DNA of 64,000 nt from assembly GCA_000004695.1 (NCBI GenBank), contig CM000153.2, positions 1,472,001 to 1,536,000 of the forward strand, written 5' to 3'. The position numbers were made by a program, and so were the translations under genes. Shown here piece by piece: positions 63,005-64,000 of this stretch. This stretch comes from Dictyostelium discoideum (taxonomy: Eukaryota). Below the pieces are notes generated by a model. The model was not told the DNA's origin. It worked only from the letters and a program-made list of their open reading frames with translations, and searched no databases. Every line of letters starts with the position of its first letter. The stretch's first letter is position 1.

Positions 63005-63646
63005 GTGTTAATTTTTTTTTAAATTTTTTTTAAATTTTTTTTTTTATTTGGGAAGGTGAACGTTTTTTTTTTTCTAATTAATTTTTTTTTTTTTTTTTAT
63101 TTTTTTTATTTTTTTTTACGTGAGGCTTTTTTTTTTTTTAAAAAAAAAAATTTTTTCCTTTTTTTTTTCTTTTTTTTTTTTTTTACACGATATCATTGTC
63201 AATATAAAGGTAGGAAGAACTTATATGTTTTTATTTCTATTTTTATTAATTTTTTTTTTTTTTTTATTTTATTTTATTATTAAATTGAACATAAAAAACA
63301 AAAAAAAATAATAAAAAAAAAAAATAATAAAAATAAAATAAAATTATAAATAAATAATATCAATTACCAAAAAAGAAAATTACGATTTCTTCAAACACAC
63401 ACAAAACACACACCCACAAAACACACAATGAAATTATATTTAAAATTTTAATAATATTATTTGAAAAAGATATCTTTTCTTTTTCTTAAATACCCAATTC
63501 TCAACCATTTACCAAAATTAAAAAAAAATAAAAAAATAAAAATTTTTTTTTTTTTAAAAAAAAATCACTCACACATAATATTATTTTTCCTTTTTTAAAA
63601 TAAAATAAAATATTAATACTTAAATTATTTTAATTAAAAACAGAAA

Positions 63647-64000
63647 ATGCCTTCATTCGCTGATTTAACTACTGAAAACGGTCTTGTCGAATTAAACAAA
63701 TTTGTCAGTGACAAAACTTACATTGTTGGGTAAATATTAATTTTTAGGGAAATGAAAAATATTAAATTGATTAAATGATGATTAGAAAAAAAAAAAAAAA
63801 CAAAGAAAGAAAGGGAGAGAGAATAAACATTAGATTAAACATTAGAATAATATATTAATCAAATTATTTATTATTTATTATAGTTTTGTTCCATCAAGTG
63901 CTGATGTCCAAGCCTTCAACTTAGTTAAAACCGCACCATGTGCCACTAAATACCCACATGCTGCCAGATGGTTCAATACCATTGCCTCATACAGTGCTGC
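63647..64000 (+). CDS. efa1B: Translation elongation factor 1-beta (eEF1B-beta), 3'-partial; exons 63647..63729, 63884..>64000
   Basis: Exon 1 is MPSFADLTTENGLVELNKFVSDKTYIV(gg)|GTAAAT. The acceptor at 63883 continues G-FVPSSADVQAFNLVKTAPCATKYPHAARWFNTIASYSA, which is the eEF1B-beta N-terminal GST-like region (compare human [52 protein letters not shown]). The symbol is a guess. Confidence 0.8.

Overview
This window looks like nuclear genomic DNA from a dictyostelid social amoeba, most consistent with Dictyostelium discoideum. The basis is the roughly 75–80% A+T composition, very long poly(A)/poly(T) and (AAT)/(CAA)/(GTT) tracts, many short AT-rich introns of 70–190 bp with GTAAGT/GTATGT donors and (T)nAG acceptors, and proteins full of poly-N/Q/T runs. 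It is therefore eukaryotic, and no prokaryotic systems (CRISPR, operons) are expected or seen. I could build about 25 protein-coding genes by hand-splicing the six-frame ORFs. All exon boundaries are inferred from reading-frame continuity and consensus splice sites and may be off by a few nucleotides. The gene models, in order, are:
- an amino-acid-transporter-like membrane protein (5' partial)
- an RNase-PH exosome subunit
- an ankyrin+TPR protein
- a SET/MYND (SMYD) protein
- two tandem paralogues of an unknown family
- a two-HMA copper P-type ATPase
- a RapGAP
- a CLYBL-like citrate-lyase-beta protein
- a PDCD2 homologue
- a coiled-coil+PH protein
- ribonucleotide reductase large subunit
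- an LRR+IPT/TIG surface glycoprotein
- a 3432-aa hybrid histidine kinase with kinase-like, P-loop, GAF, HisKA/HATPase and REC modules
- a multi-saposin-B protein
- an RCC1-repeat protein
- Elongator ELP1
- a secreted metallophosphoesterase
- a coiled-coil protein
- a GID4/VID24 homologue
- eEF1B-beta (3' partial).
The most unusual region is 18.9–21.2 kb, which is accessory-like. It holds a pair of roughly 330–360 bp direct repeats flanking two convergent, degenerate fragments of a TnpB/Fanzor-like (OrfB_IS605-type RuvC/zinc-ribbon) protein. In the plus-strand fragment the RuvC-II glutamate appears replaced and the zinc ribbon is eroded. There is also a ~300 bp nested foldback (MITE-like) element at 4.8–5.1 kb. 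Other points worth a second look are E2F-like inverted GC boxes upstream of the RNR gene, a C17 tract inside an ELP1 intron, and a possible extra exon that would add a transmembrane anchor to the phosphoesterase. I found no rRNA or tRNA genes.
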